Of a stretch of DNA of 64,000 nt, positions 44,896 through 59,869 are shown piece after piece (within the stretch, counting starts at the first letter, position 1; each line of letters opens with the position of its first letter). This DNA is from Ascoidea asiatica JCM 7603 (taxonomy: Eukaryota > Fungi > Ascomycota): positions 89,440-153,439 of the forward strand of contig BCKQ01000012.1 in the NCBI GenBank assembly GCA_001600695.1, written 5' to 3'. The notes beneath the pieces were generated by a model. That model made no database searches, was not told the origin of the DNA, and was given only the letters and a program-made list of their open reading frames with translations. The position numbers and the translations under genes were made by a program.

Positions 44896-47800
44896 TTAAA
44901 GAGACCCATTACCACTAGCTCTTATTGGAAATGAAGAACGACACATTGGACAAGTATTTTTTCCAGATGATTTAAACCATTTATGCAAACAAGCTGTATG
45001 ATATTTGTTATTACATGTTTTACAAGCATTATTAGGTTTAGATCCATCTTGATGTAATAATGAAAAACAAATATTACAAGTATCTGAATCTTTAAAAAAG
45101 GCTTTAATATGAAGATAAAATACGTTTACTGAATCAAGAATTGATTCATTTCCATTCATAAAAATCCATTTAGAAGCCTTTAATGATTTATCCCAATCAT
45201 TCTTTTTAAGACCAATTCTATTTTTACCTTCTATAACAATTTGTTCTAAAGGATAAAAATTTGGAATTCTAATAATCATTTGCATTGTTTGTTCATCAAT
45301 GGTATAAACAGATTTAATTTCTTTAGAACTCTTATTAACTTTAATACTTAAAATTTCATCAGTAAGAAACTTTTCTGAACTTTTTACTAATTCTTCTTCA
45401 AATTTTTCAAATTTATCTTCAATAATTAATGGACTAATATATTTCCTAGTAAATTCACTGATATTTTTCTTTTCTTCTGAATTTTTTAAGTTTGAATACC
45501 AGATTCTTATTTCTGAAGTAAAATTAAATAAACACAAATAATATAAATGAAGTAATAAAACTTTAATTTCAATCACTGAATCTGTACTATCCTCATGAGG
45601 ATTTCCAATAATTTCATATTCTTGAATATCTTCAATATAAACTTCTTTCATTAATGTTGAAATTGCGGACTCAGAAAAATCAACTTCTTTAATAATAAAA
45701 TTCATTAATTCTTCTAATAAATTGGGTTGATGTTTTTTTGTTAATTCGAAAAGATAAATATCTTTCATCTGTTGAGTTATACACTTGAAATGATCTAAAA
45801 TCAAAAGCCAACTCCATAAATATTTGAAGAGTTGGTTATCTTTTTCAAACTCAAAATTATTGATATTCAAAATCAAAGACTTAGGTAATTTAACCAAATC
45901 ATTTATTTCAGAACATTCTTCAATAGTAGAATTGGATGAATCCTCTTTCTTAGTATTTCCAATTTCAATATCAAAAACTAAATCTTCTTGAATTTTTGGA
46001 ATTATTTTATGTAGCATATTAACTGCAATTCGTTGTATTGAAACATAATTAAATTCAAGTAAACTCTCTAGTTCTTTTGATTTACCTTTGGATAAATTTA
46101 TTGGAAAACTTTTAAATATTCTAACACATTGTTCATTTTCAATAATAATAGCTTGAATATTTTTATTTTGATCTTTATTTTTTAATAGTATTTCAAATAC
46201 TTGTTGATATAATCCTTCACTTTTTGCTAACCATATGTTATTATAATCATCTTTTTTACGAATTAATGCAATTAATAACTTTGAAGAAAAATAGTATAAT
46301 TCATGTAATACACGATTTTTTTCATCTAATTCTGAAAAAATAATATCAAATGATTTTTTACATAATTCTACCCCTAGAATGAACAAGTTTTCTTTTTGAT
46401 TACCACTTTTGGTCAATTTAAGTACTTGTATAACAAATATTGATATCTGTATTACCATTCTAATATAATTTGTATCATGATCATTATTTTCTGAAACAAA
46501 TTTTTTGAATATGTGTATCAATTGATCCAATGTTCTTTTCACTATTAATCGATATTTATCTCCTTCCAACAGATATTCATCATAAAGCATGTTATTTAAT
46601 AAAATCAAATTCAATGTATTTTTTTCAATATAATTTTCATCTTTTATATTAGACAAAATTTCTCCTGAAAACTTTTTTCTAACATCATTAAAAATATCCC
46701 TAGCAATATATCTTCGGAATGCAGCAGCAAAGGACGCAAATAAAATAGGATTATCTACACTTACTCGATAAAGTTTGTTTACAGTAAGTTCTGAAAGTTT
46801 CTTCAAAGGTAATTCTTCTGCAATATCTGAAAGCAAATTTTTTAAAATTCTTGCAAAATAATAACTAATTACAGATTTATCAATCACTCCACGAATAACA
46901 CAGAAAATTAATTTACAACGTTCTTGAGAAGTTTTGATTTCTTTAAATTGTATTATTCCATTAAAAATCTCATTAAATGGGGTATCACCTTTATATTTTT
47001 TCAATAATATTAAACAATCATTTCTGAAATCCATGAAAATTTTGGCTTCATTATCTGAACATTCATTCAAAAACATATAGTCTTGAGATAATTCACTTAA
47101 TAAACATAAATAAATAATTTGCATGGCACTGGGAGGGTAGAATTCTGAATAATTGTTGATAAAATACAAATAAAATATAGGAAGTTTGAAACGTTTATCT
47201 AAGTTAGATAAGTTATTTGTTGAAATACTTTTTTTGTCTACTAGAAATAAATTACTCTCTAGAGTGTTTCCCATAGATAAACTAGGATCAATCAAATCTT
47301 TTGAACTTTCTTTTATTAATGTTTTCCAGCCATCATCACTAGGAACTAAAGATGAAAAAAAATCAGCTTTAATATTTTTAACAATATTCGAAAGTGTTTT
47401 TGTGAAATTTTCATCCAACGTTAAAGTGGTTATAAAATTTTTTAAAGATTTTTTATAGATATCAGGCATATACTCAAGTGAGTTCATATCATTGAAAAAA
47501 TTGAAAGCTGGATTAAAAGTACTTTCTTCTTTACTATTTAAGCTTTTCCATAAATAGAGGTAGTAATTGAAAACATCTGGATTGTCCTTTACATTTGATA
47601 GCTCTTTGATTAATGAGTCCTTATTAGAAAGTCTATAGACTTGATTTGTAAAATCATCAAATGAGTTTTGTTTTGATGCCTGCCTTAAAAGTTTTAAATA
47701 TAAATCAAAATCAATAAATTGAAAAATTACTTCCTGATCAGAGTGATATTTGAAGTTCTCAGATTTATCCGTGAGATATTCATAAAAATAGCTAGTCTCA

Positions 47801-49713
47801 GTTACTTTGATTTTATCATTGAGTTTAACGGATTTTAAACCATTCAATAATACTAAAAATAAATCGGCACTTTGAGGAGAATCTTTTAGTTGAGATGTTA
47901 ATTTTGAGTCCATATCGGTTGATCCTGGAAACTCCTCACTCTCCTCTTTCATAACAATAAATTTATGAGCAATATCATTTAGTAATAGAATAATAGAAGA
48001 ACTGTCAAAAAAACTATCAGCTTCAACTAAAGAAATGAATATACTAATAAAATCGTCACAAAGACTTGAAGTTAAAATTATACTCCAATTTTTTTTAAGA
48101 AATTTATATATTTTAGATTTGTATTCAACTAAATTGGCCTTGATGAACATATTTATTATAGACATTGATAATTTCAAAGAACCATTGTCTTTTGAATAAT
48201 TGATTGACATATTAAACAATTCGCTTAAGAAAGAACTTTCTTTTAAAAAGTCTAAAAGTTTTAGAAAATTTAAAAAACAATTGGTGTTGATAGAATCCAA
48301 ATTTAAATTTTCCTTTGAAAACTCTTCTAAAATGCTTTTCTTATCCAAATTTTTTAGCTGAGAAAGAATATCACCTATTAAGTTTTCAGGAAATTCAGGT
48401 TTAATCAATGCTTCGTTTAATAAAGCTTTTAGAAACTGCTTTAAAGGTAAATATTTATCATTCTGTAAAAGATTTTCATGACCATCATTTTCAATTTCTT
48501 GAAAAGTTATATAAAATTTTATAAACATTGTCCTTATTAACTCAAAAGTTTGAGTTTTATTGTCTATCGATTGTGTTTCTTTCGAGAACTTCGGAAGCAT
48601 TATATCATTTAAAAAAATATTAAAATCATCAATTGAATTGTACTTTATGATTAAATCTGAATTATCCTCTATCAATAACTTTTCAAGTAGATTATAATAA
48701 TCCTTATCTTGTTTTCCTGAATTTAGTTTTAAAAGCTTTTTTATTAATTCTTTCGAGTTTTCATTTTCATTGAAAATATCATCACTCTTGAATTTTTTTA
48801 AAATCACAAATAAATGTAAAACTGGCTGGATCAAATCAGCGTCGGACTTCGTAATTGAAGATAATAATTCGAAAGAATTTTTGATAAGGTATTTGAAAAA
48901 ATCATTATCTTTAGATATATACTTCAAAATTAAATCTGAATTAGAAAGGAAAAATTCTATAAGGTGAACTTTTATTTGATTTATAATATTAGGAATTTTA
49001 GTTTTGTCTAAAACCAATAAACTGTAAAACGTTTTTTTCTTTAAAATTTTTTGCATTGAGCTTGGATTTGATAATCTTTTAGATAAATAAGTTAATAATC
49101 GAATTGAGGAATTAACTACTCTATAATACTTTAGTTGTGCAGAATCTTGATCAGCTGATTTTTTATCTAGAGATAAGGAGTCTAGTTCGAATAAAATATG
49201 GTGAATCAAATTTATAATATTTGATTGAAAAGATTTTAGTATTTCATTTAGTTGTCCTTCTTTTTGATCAAAAACCAATGAAAAATTAGTTAGATTATCT
49301 CTTGCAACACTTGAATCTGAATCAAATAAATTTACTAACAACATTGGAAAATAGAGCGGTAAGAATGCCTTTCCAGTGAATTTTTTTTCTAATAAATTAA
49401 TTAACTTATAATGAATTTTATTTGATATAACTCTTATGTTTTTTTCTAAATCTATTGATAAACGATTAAAAATTTGACACCAAAAAAGTTTAAAGTTTTC
49501 ATCATTAATTTTATTAATTATTATTTTTTTGTCCCGATTTAAATAAGTTTCTAAATCTTTCAAAGCTTTTAATTTAGTGATTCCGTCAGGTTTTGGCAAA
49601 TTAAAGCATATCACTTTGAGAGGTCCATCAGTTATGGAGTTTACATCTTTGTTTAAAGTGAAATGAAACAAAGATATATTATTATTTTTACCGTATTCGA
49701 AAGAATGATTCAT
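44896..49713 (-). CDS. RKR1: Rkr1/Ltn1 (listerin), the ribosome quality control E3 ligase
   Basis: N-terminal ...D.ITKLKALKDL and FNRLSID segments, HEAT-like middle, RWD region (YTIDEQ...IPNFYPL), C-terminal RING CNICFS...CKTCNNKYHTACLHKWFKSSG.NTCPMCR. First ATG is at 49713. Confidence 0.93.
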   Translation of the reverse strand: MNHSFEYGKNNNISLFHFTLNKDVNSITDGPLKVICFNLPKPDGITKLKALKDLETYLNRDKKIIINKINDENFKLFWCQIFNRLSIDLEKNIRVISNKIHYKLINLLEKKFTGKAFLPLYFPMLLVNLFDSDSSVARDNLTNFSLVFDQKEGQLNEILKSFQSNIINLIHHILFELDSLSLDKKSADQDSAQLKYYRVVNSSIRLLTYLSKRLSNPSSMQKILKKKTFYSLLVLDKTKIPNIINQIKVHLIEFFLSNSDLILKYISKDNDFFKYLIKNSFELLSSITKSDADLIQPVLHLFVILKKFKSDDIFNENENSKELIKKLLKLNSGKQDKDYYNLLEKLLIEDNSDLIIKYNSIDDFNIFLNDIMLPKFSKETQSIDNKTQTFELIRTMFIKFYITFQEIENDGHENLLQNDKYLPLKQFLKALLNEALIKPEFPENLIGDILSQLKNLDKKSILEEFSKENLNLDSINTNCFLNFLKLLDFLKESSFLSELFNMSINYSKDNGSLKLSMSIINMFIKANLVEYKSKIYKFLKKNWSIILTSSLCDDFISIFISLVEADSFFDSSSIILLLNDIAHKFIVMKEESEEFPGSTDMDSKLTSQLKDSPQSADLFLVLLNGLKSVKLNDKIKVTETSYFYEYLTDKSENFKYHSDQEVIFQFIDFDLYLKLLRQASKQNSFDDFTNQVYRLSNKDSLIKELSNVKDNPDVFNYYLYLWKSLNSKEESTFNPAFNFFNDMNSLEYMPDIYKKSLKNFITTLTLDENFTKTLSNIVKNIKADFFSSLVPSDDGWKTLIKESSKDLIDPSLSMGNTLESNLFLVDKKSISTNNLSNLDKRFKLPIFYLYFINNYSEFYPPSAMQIIYLCLLSELSQDYMFLNECSDNEAKIFMDFRNDCLILLKKYKGDTPFNEIFNGIIQFKEIKTSQERCKLIFCVIRGVIDKSVISYYFARILKNLLSDIAEELPLKKLSELTVNKLYRVSVDNPILFASFAAAFRRYIARDIFNDVRKKFSGEILSNIKDENYIEKNTLNLILLNNMLYDEYLLEGDKYRLIVKRTLDQLIHIFKKFVSENNDHDTNYIRMVIQISIFVIQVLKLTKSGNQKENLFILGVELCKKSFDIIFSELDEKNRVLHELYYFSSKLLIALIRKKDDYNNIWLAKSEGLYQQVFEILLKNKDQNKNIQAIIIENEQCVRIFKSFPINLSKGKSKELESLLEFNYVSIQRIAVNMLHKIIPKIQEDLVFDIEIGNTKKEDSSNSTIEECSEINDLVKLPKSLILNINNFEFEKDNQLFKYLWSWLLILDHFKCITQQMKDIYLFELTKKHQPNLLEELMNFIIKEVDFSESAISTLMKEVYIEDIQEYEIIGNPHEDSTDSVIEIKVLLLHLYYLCLFNFTSEIRIWYSNLKNSEEKKNISEFTRKYISPLIIEDKFEKFEEELVKSSEKFLTDEILSIKVNKSSKEIKSVYTIDEQTMQMIIRIPNFYPLEQIVIEGKNRIGLKKNDWDKSLKASKWIFMNGNESILDSVNVFYLHIKAFFKDSDTCNICFSLLHQDGSKPNNACKTCNNKYHTACLHKWFKSSGKNTCPMCRSSFPIRASGNGSL

Positions 49714-50573
49714 TTTAATAATGTATTTGAAGAGCAATAATACCAAATTTCAAAATAATTGAATTATTGAATAATTGAATTATTGAATGATTAAATGATT
49801 AAATGAATGAATTGAATGTGTTGAACTTATTTAGGTAAATGGAATTAATTATCAATCTTGATGAAAAAAACAGGAAAGAAAACCTTTTTATAGGTTTAGA
49901 ATAAATGATTTGAAATCAAATTTTGACTATCTGAGTTAATAAATATAAAAAAATGAAAACTACCAATTAATGTAGTATATTTAAACCTTTTTTGAATAAC
50001 TGGTTAAAATTTTTAGACCTGCTTTATTTGAATAGAAAAGAAAAAGCCTGAAGCTCGGACACACTTAAAAACTTCAGGGCAAAAACGAAAGAGATCTTGA
50101 CCAGGATACAAATCTGTCCCGGACCAGAGCAGGATGGGCCCCTCAGCCCCGTAAATGAGAGAACTGCCCCCATTTCCCATAACTTGTAGGCTTAGCAGAA
50201 AATCATTTACCCTACCTACATCTCAAAAGAAAACACGACCTCAACAGTGTTTGATTTTAAAAAGAAGTATGCTTGAACTACCAGCCACAAATCCAGGGTT
50301 AACACCAAGAGTTTAGCTGCCGACCCCTTCTCTTCCAAGAAGTGAGCTTTTGTGTGCAGCCTTCCTAATTAGAAAGACCTATTAACCACTCAACAGTAGT
50401 TTTTCAGAATAGAAAGAGCCTAATTACTTTTAAAGCAGACTTATTCGAATTCCATATCAGGAATTTATAGCGAAACTTCAGAAAAATCTGGCAGAGTTGA
50501 TTTATTTAAAAATAATCTTAATTACAGTTGGTATTAGTTTTATTCATGGATAATGTGTTTATAAAATATAAAT

Positions 50574-53500
50574 TTATCTTAATGATTCAATCAATCGCTT
50601 TTCATCTGACTTATCCATCTTTAACAACTCAACAATTACTGGTAACAATTGTGTTCTTTGCTCTTTCTTCTCTAAAAATCCTAGTAAAACATTTCTAATA
50701 TAAGGAATATTATCATTAGATTTACTTACATTATCATTTTCAATATTATCACTCTCAGTAATTTCATTTATAGTATTTTCTCTATTAATGTTACTTGTAT
50801 TACTATTATTAGTACTCATATTATTATGAGATATTATTGAATTTGATCTTGAACTATATCTTGAATGACCAGGTGAAAAATTTCCTTTTGGTGAATGAGG
50901 TGAATTATAATTATTTTTCATTTGTTGTTCTTTTGATAATTTTAATTTATTTGATAAAAGTTTATAATTTTTACTCAATCTTTCATTTTTTAAAGATAAT
51001 TCTTCATTAATTCTACGAAAATTAGAATTTGTTCTTTCATAATCTCTAATTTGATTTTCTGATTTAATTAATGATTCTCTTAATTTACTAATTGTTTCAC
51101 TTAACTCAGATAAATTATTACTATTACTATTATTAGGCATTTCACTTATTGACGACACAGATGAAAAATTATTTCCATTTAAACTATCATTGGAAAATCC
51201 TAAAATACTTGATCTTCTTCTATAATTTCCTTTTGATTCTTCAATTTCTTTAGTAAGCTTATATTTTTCACTTTCCAAAGTTTGAATAGTTTTATTTAAT
51301 TCCTTATTTTTCTCTTTTAATTTTTTTATTTCATTAATATTTTTTTTGATTAATAAATGATTTGACTCTTCAATTTTTTTAAGTTCATTATCATGATTGA
51401 TTTTTAGCTCGTTTCTAAGATTTTGTATTTCGCTTCCTTTACTGTTTTCTGAATCTGTTAATAATTTTCTCATAATGTTTGTTTCTCTTGTTCTTTCTTG
51501 CAACATTCTTGTGGAATCTGATAATTCATCTTCTAATGTCTCGATTTTCATTTCATATTCACGTAATCTCATTAACAATTCATCAGATTGTTTTTTAACA
51601 GACTCTATATGATCTTTATTATCATTTTTTCGTTTAGAAAATTTTTCAATTTCTTCTTTTAAATCTTTTTTTTCATTACTTAAAAGTTTTATATTCATAT
51701 TCATTTCATCATTTTTTAAAAGTAAATTTATTTTTTCTTTTTCCATATCTTCATATCTTTTCAATAATGAGTTTTTACTTTCAGTTAATGTGTCTTTTAA
51801 AGTTTCAAGGTTATTATTTTCAACTTTTAACATAGTAATTTGTTCATTAAATTTTTGAATATTTTCTTCAAATGCTTTAATTTTATTTTCATAAGTTTCA
51901 ATCATTTTATTTTTATGACCTAAAGTAGTTTCTAAAGTAACAATTTTTAATTTTAGAGTGGTTTCACTTTTTTTCATACTATTTAATTCATCAATTTGTT
52001 CTCTTAATTTTTTGTTATCAGTTGTTAAAACATCTTTTTCTTTAGTTAAAGAATTATTTGCTTTAGATAATTGATCTTTTAATTCTTTACTTGATGATAA
52101 TTCTTTGAACCTATTTTCAGATAATTCTTTTGTTATACTTAATTCTTTTTCTAATGCAATTAATTTTTTTTTAATTTCATCATTTTCATTTTCCTTTCTT
52201 TTCACTAGGTTTAATGTGTTAAGTAATTTTTTTTCAGATGTCTCTAAAGAAGTTTTAATTTTTTTGAATTCATCATCCATTGTTTTGAATTTTGACTCTA
52301 AGTCATTTTTATCTTTTGAAAGAATAGAATTTTCATCTAAAAGTTTTCTTTTATTATTTTCATAATCTGTTATCGAAGCAGAGTGTTGTAGTCTTAATCT
52401 TTCAAGTTCAACTTTTTGTGTTTCAATTGTTTCTTTTAAATCTTTGACTTCAATTTTTTCAGATTCAGATTTATTCAATTGAGAATTTAATTCTTTAACT
52501 TCATTTCTTGATGTAACTAAGTTATCACCAATATCTCTTAACATATCTTTTAAATTTTCTAATTCTTCTTCAGTTTCTCTGAGTTTTTTTTTATCATTCG
52601 ATGTTGAGACTTTTAGTTTCTCATAATCAGATTCAATTTCAATTAATTTTGAATTTTGACTTTTTAAAATATCATACTCATTTTCAAGTTTTTCAATTGT
52701 TTGTTGAAAAGAATGATTATTTTTTTCAATTTCATCATATTTTGCCTTTAATTCTATATAATTTATAATTGTATCCGAAGTTGAAGAATCAGATATTGGA
52801 TCATTAATATTTCTTTCTCCATTTATATTTTCTGTTAAAGTATTTTTAGTCGTAGATGTATTTTTCTTTTTCTTATTTTTCTTTTTCTTTTTATGAGAAG
52901 TTGGAGTTACTGGAGTCAGTCTAGAAGTATCTGGAGAGGGAGTAATAGCCGAAGGAACAATTGGGGTTGAAGGAACAGTCGAAGGAGCTGTTGAAGGAGC
53001 TGTAGAAACTTCAGTATCATCATCCTCATCATTATCGTTATCATTTCGACTTTGAGATTCAATAGTTAAAGTTAAATCACTTATTTTTTTTTTTAAGCTT
53101 TCAATGATTTTATCGCTTATTGAATTTCTTGACTCTAAAACAGATTTTTTATTCTCTAAATTTTTTAAAATTGATTTTTGATCTTTTAATTCATTTTTAA
53201 AATTTAAAATTTTTAAATCAATCTCTTTTTTTTCTTGGATATTTTTATTTTCAATTTCTTTAAAATTTAAAATTTTTTTATTTAAAATTTTTTCATTTTC
53301 TTGAAATTTTAAATTTAAATTTTTTTTTTCAATTAACATTGAATTATATTTTTCATTTAATTTTGAAATTTCATTAATAAAAGATTTATTTTTTTCATTT
53401 AATTCTGTAATTTGTTTTGATAATTGAGATTTTTCATTTTCTAATAAATCAATTTTATCAATTGAAGAAATTTTTGAACTTTCCAAATCTTTCATTTGAG

Positions 53501-54686
53501 AAGTTATTTTTTCATTTTCTAAATTTAATTTTTCAATTTTTGAAGATAATTCATTATTTTTAATTTCTAGTTGTGATAATAAAGTTTTATTATCATTATT
53601 ATTCTCTTTACTATCTTTATCTTTTTCACTATCTTTTTTGATATTTTTATCAATTGAAGATTGAAGATCATTTAGTTTTTTTAACAAACTATCATTTTCA
53701 GTTTGTTTTAATTTTAATTTATTATTCAATTGATCTTTTTCTAGTTTAAATTTTTCTTTTAATTGAAATTTTTCTTTTGATTTTGAATTTTTTATTAAAA
53801 TTTTATCATTTTGTAAAATTGCAATTTTTTTTCCATTTTCTATTAAAACTTCATTTAAAGTATTATATTTATTATTTAAAGAATTTAAATCACTTAATTT
53901 TTCTTTATATTCTTCATTTAATAAATTATTTTTTAAATTTAAATTTTTTAAATAATCTAAAAATTGATCAATTTCAGAAATTGAAGAACATGGAGTATTT
54001 TCTTTTAAAATTTTTTCGAAAATTGAGATATATTTTGATTTATCTTTTTCTTTTCTATATGCATTTAGTAATATTGGATATTTTTCTTCATATTTTGCAA
54101 ATTTTTTTAATTTTGAATTTATTAAATCATTTGAAAATTTATTATTTGAATTTGAGTTTAAGTTTGAGCTTGAATTAGAGTCTAAATTAATTTTTTTTAT
54201 AGGAGAAGATAGAGTATCATCTTTTATGGTTTCTGGTTTTAATTTGGTTTTCTCATTTTTCAATTCTTTTGAGTCTTTTGATTCCTTTGAGTCATTAGGA
54301 AATCTAGAGTCATTTATATTATTAGAATCATCAGAAGTTTTAGTAGTATTCTTTTCAACATCTTTTACATCTTTTAAAGATTTAATTTTCTCATTATCTG
54401 AAATTTTTAATTCTTTTTGATCATTATTTATTTGATTTTCATTATTTGATTTAACTTTATTAGATTCATCATCGCTTGTAATTAAAATATCTTCAACATC
54501 TGGAGTTTTTGCATTTAAAATTGATTTTATTTGATCAATTGATTTATTTGAATTTTTATTTAAAGATCTATTATTACTATTATTATTACTTTTATTATTA
54601 TTATTATAATTCTGATTATGTTCTTCGCTTAATTTTGTTATTTCTTCTGTGAAGTTTTTACCAAGTTGACCTAATCTTGAAAACAT
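50574..54686 (-). CDS. IMH1: GRIP-domain golgin Imh1
   Basis: MFSRLGQLGKNFTEE start, KLKKFAKYEEKYP.LL.AY, long coiled coil, C-terminal GRIP YIRNVLLGFLEKKEQR.QLLPV. Confidence 0.93.
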   Translation of the reverse strand: MFSRLGQLGKNFTEEITKLSEEHNQNYNNNNKSNNNSNNRSLNKNSNKSIDQIKSILNAKTPDVEDILITSDDESNKVKSNNENQINNDQKELKISDNEKIKSLKDVKDVEKNTTKTSDDSNNINDSRFPNDSKESKDSKELKNEKTKLKPETIKDDTLSSPIKKINLDSNSSSNLNSNSNNKFSNDLINSKLKKFAKYEEKYPILLNAYRKEKDKSKYISIFEKILKENTPCSSISEIDQFLDYLKNLNLKNNLLNEEYKEKLSDLNSLNNKYNTLNEVLIENGKKIAILQNDKILIKNSKSKEKFQLKEKFKLEKDQLNNKLKLKQTENDSLLKKLNDLQSSIDKNIKKDSEKDKDSKENNNDNKTLLSQLEIKNNELSSKIEKLNLENEKITSQMKDLESSKISSIDKIDLLENEKSQLSKQITELNEKNKSFINEISKLNEKYNSMLIEKKNLNLKFQENEKILNKKILNFKEIENKNIQEKKEIDLKILNFKNELKDQKSILKNLENKKSVLESRNSISDKIIESLKKKISDLTLTIESQSRNDNDNDEDDDTEVSTAPSTAPSTVPSTPIVPSAITPSPDTSRLTPVTPTSHKKKKKNKKKKNTSTTKNTLTENINGERNINDPISDSSTSDTIINYIELKAKYDEIEKNNHSFQQTIEKLENEYDILKSQNSKLIEIESDYEKLKVSTSNDKKKLRETEEELENLKDMLRDIGDNLVTSRNEVKELNSQLNKSESEKIEVKDLKETIETQKVELERLRLQHSASITDYENNKRKLLDENSILSKDKNDLESKFKTMDDEFKKIKTSLETSEKKLLNTLNLVKRKENENDEIKKKLIALEKELSITKELSENRFKELSSSKELKDQLSKANNSLTKEKDVLTTDNKKLREQIDELNSMKKSETTLKLKIVTLETTLGHKNKMIETYENKIKAFEENIQKFNEQITMLKVENNNLETLKDTLTESKNSLLKRYEDMEKEKINLLLKNDEMNMNIKLLSNEKKDLKEEIEKFSKRKNDNKDHIESVKKQSDELLMRLREYEMKIETLEDELSDSTRMLQERTRETNIMRKLLTDSENSKGSEIQNLRNELKINHDNELKKIEESNHLLIKKNINEIKKLKEKNKELNKTIQTLESEKYKLTKEIEESKGNYRRRSSILGFSNDSLNGNNFSSVSSISEMPNNSNSNNLSELSETISKLRESLIKSENQIRDYERTNSNFRRINEELSLKNERLSKNYKLLSNKLKLSKEQQMKNNYNSPHSPKGNFSPGHSRYSSRSNSIISHNNMSTNNSNTSNINRENTINEITESDNIENDNVSKSNDNIPYIRNVLLGFLEKKEQRTQLLPVIVELLKMDKSDEKRLIESLR

Positions 54687-55463
54687 TTGAGAATTATATT
54701 AGGAAATTTTTAATAATTTCCTTTATTAGTTGATTAGTTGGCTATTTAGGGATTGGTTTATTATTAGCTGATGCTGATTATTGTTATAGAACAATTAAGA
54801 AATATATTCAGATAGAGCCTTTTATTGAATCTCATAATTACAATTGGTTCCAGTTTAACACAATTGATTTGATTCAATAAATTTCAATTATCTTCAATTG
54901 GATTATCTTTTAGATAGATGTAGATGTATTTGGCTATCTGGTTATTTGGTTATTTGCCTACGTCTGTCACTTTACCTACGTGTATCTCAACCACTGCTGA
55001 CATTGGCATCGGCGCTTGGCTTTGCAAGTATCGGGGCTTTGGGAAAGAGGAAAGTTATATATGGTCAGGTGATTTGGACGAAATACCTCGGAACTTGGAA
55101 ATGCTTTAGGTAATTTGATCGAAACTTGAGTTTTACCTTTTTGATACTGAAATTAAAATTTTGAATTTATTTGGATTTATTATCATTGATTTTGATTGAT
55201 GTTGATTTAATTCAAGTTATTTCAATAAAAAATTGTAATTGAAATAGTTTATTGGGAAAGTATTAACTTTTAGTTTTAGTTTTTGGATTGAGAGATAACT
55301 TTGTTTTTGATTAATGGATTTAAATCAATTCATAAGGCAAATTTCATCAATCATTGTATTTATATAACATTAATATGCAATTATAAAATCAAATCAAGCT
55401 TTATTAACAATATTATATTAAATTAAAGCAAAATCTGAATCAAATCAAACCAAATTACCAAAA

Positions 55464-55799
55464 ATGTTAATCTTTTGTCCATATTGTTCAAATATGTTAA
55501 TAGTTAAAGAAAACGTAGATAATCATCTTTTTAAATGTCAAACTTGTCCATATGAATTTCCAATAGTTGGTTTACAAATGTATGATAGAAAAAAATTAAT
55601 TAAAAAAGAAGTTGATGATGTTTTAGGTGGTGAAGGTTCTTGGGATAATGTTGAACAAATGTCTGCTCAATGTCCAATTGAAAATTGTGGTGGTGAAAAA
55701 GCTTATTTTTTTCAATTACAAATTAGAAGTGCTGATGAACCAATGACTACTTTTTTTAAATGTGTTAAATGTTCTCATCAATGGAGAGATAATAATTAA
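55464..55799 (+). CDS. RPC11: RNA polymerase III subunit C11
   Basis: FCPYC.NML, CQTCPY, KEVDDVLGG, QLQIRSADEPMTTFFKC. Confidence 0.97.
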   Translation: MLIFCPYCSNMLIVKENVDNHLFKCQTCPYEFPIVGLQMYDRKKLIKKEVDDVLGGEGSWDNVEQMSAQCPIENCGGEKAYFFQLQIRSADEPMTTFFKCVKCSHQWRDNN

Positions 55800-56752
55800 T
55801 ATGAAAATATACTGTATGCATACTGTATACGTTTATATTGTAATATATACTGTATATAAATTTTTTTTATGAATAAGTGAATTTAAAGAAAATAGAAAAT
55901 AGAAAATAGAAAATAGAAAATAAAAAATAAAAAATAGGAAATAGAAAAATTAAAAATACTATGCAATAAAATTTATGAATTAATAAAATAATGAATTAAT
56001 GATTTAGTGAAAAAATGAGTTAATGAATTAATGAATTAATGAATAAAGAATTTATGAATAAAGAATTAAGAATTAAGAATCAAAAAGAAGAAATATATTT
56101 TCAATCCAAAAATATTTTTTATATTCATGATAATATTATAATAGATATAATGATATAATGATATAATATAATATAAATCTTGTTTTTTTATACTCTATGC
56201 AACAACATTATTAATTAATAAATAAGTAATTTATAATAAATAATATTAATATTCAACCTCTATACCAAAAAATAAAATAAACTAAATTAAATTGACTTAA
56301 ATTAAATTAAATTTAATGACCAAAAAAAAAAAAATATCAACTTTAATATCAATTAATATCAATTCAATTTGAAATCTCATACTCTATATCTCCAATAATA
56401 TTAATAGAATTATTCATCCTTGATAAAATTTGATAAATTTGGGTAGTAAATTAGTTAGTTAATTAGATAAAAAAAATAAAAAAAAAAAGATAAAGAAATA
56501 AAAATTAGAAAATAGAAAAAAGAAAAAATTAAAGCAAAAATTTATAATTATTGATTTTAATAACTCATTTGTGATTTAATAAATGCGTCTTGAATAACAT
56601 ATAAAATGTTGAATATCAATCCAAAACAGCAAATATACTATATTCTAAAAAGCACACGAAGCAAATAAATTTTTCAAAAAATAAAAAAATAAAAAAATGC
56701 TAATATAAAAAAACAACAACAACAATTATAAAAAAGTTTTAAATTAAAAAAA

Positions 56753-59869
<3,117 letters not shown>

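Noticed and set aside
50050-50400. Possible ncRNA or solo LTR between IMH1 and RKR1
   Set aside because: No TG...CA ends with target-site duplication, no second copy in the window, and no recognised RNA motif. It fits the promoter-island pattern.
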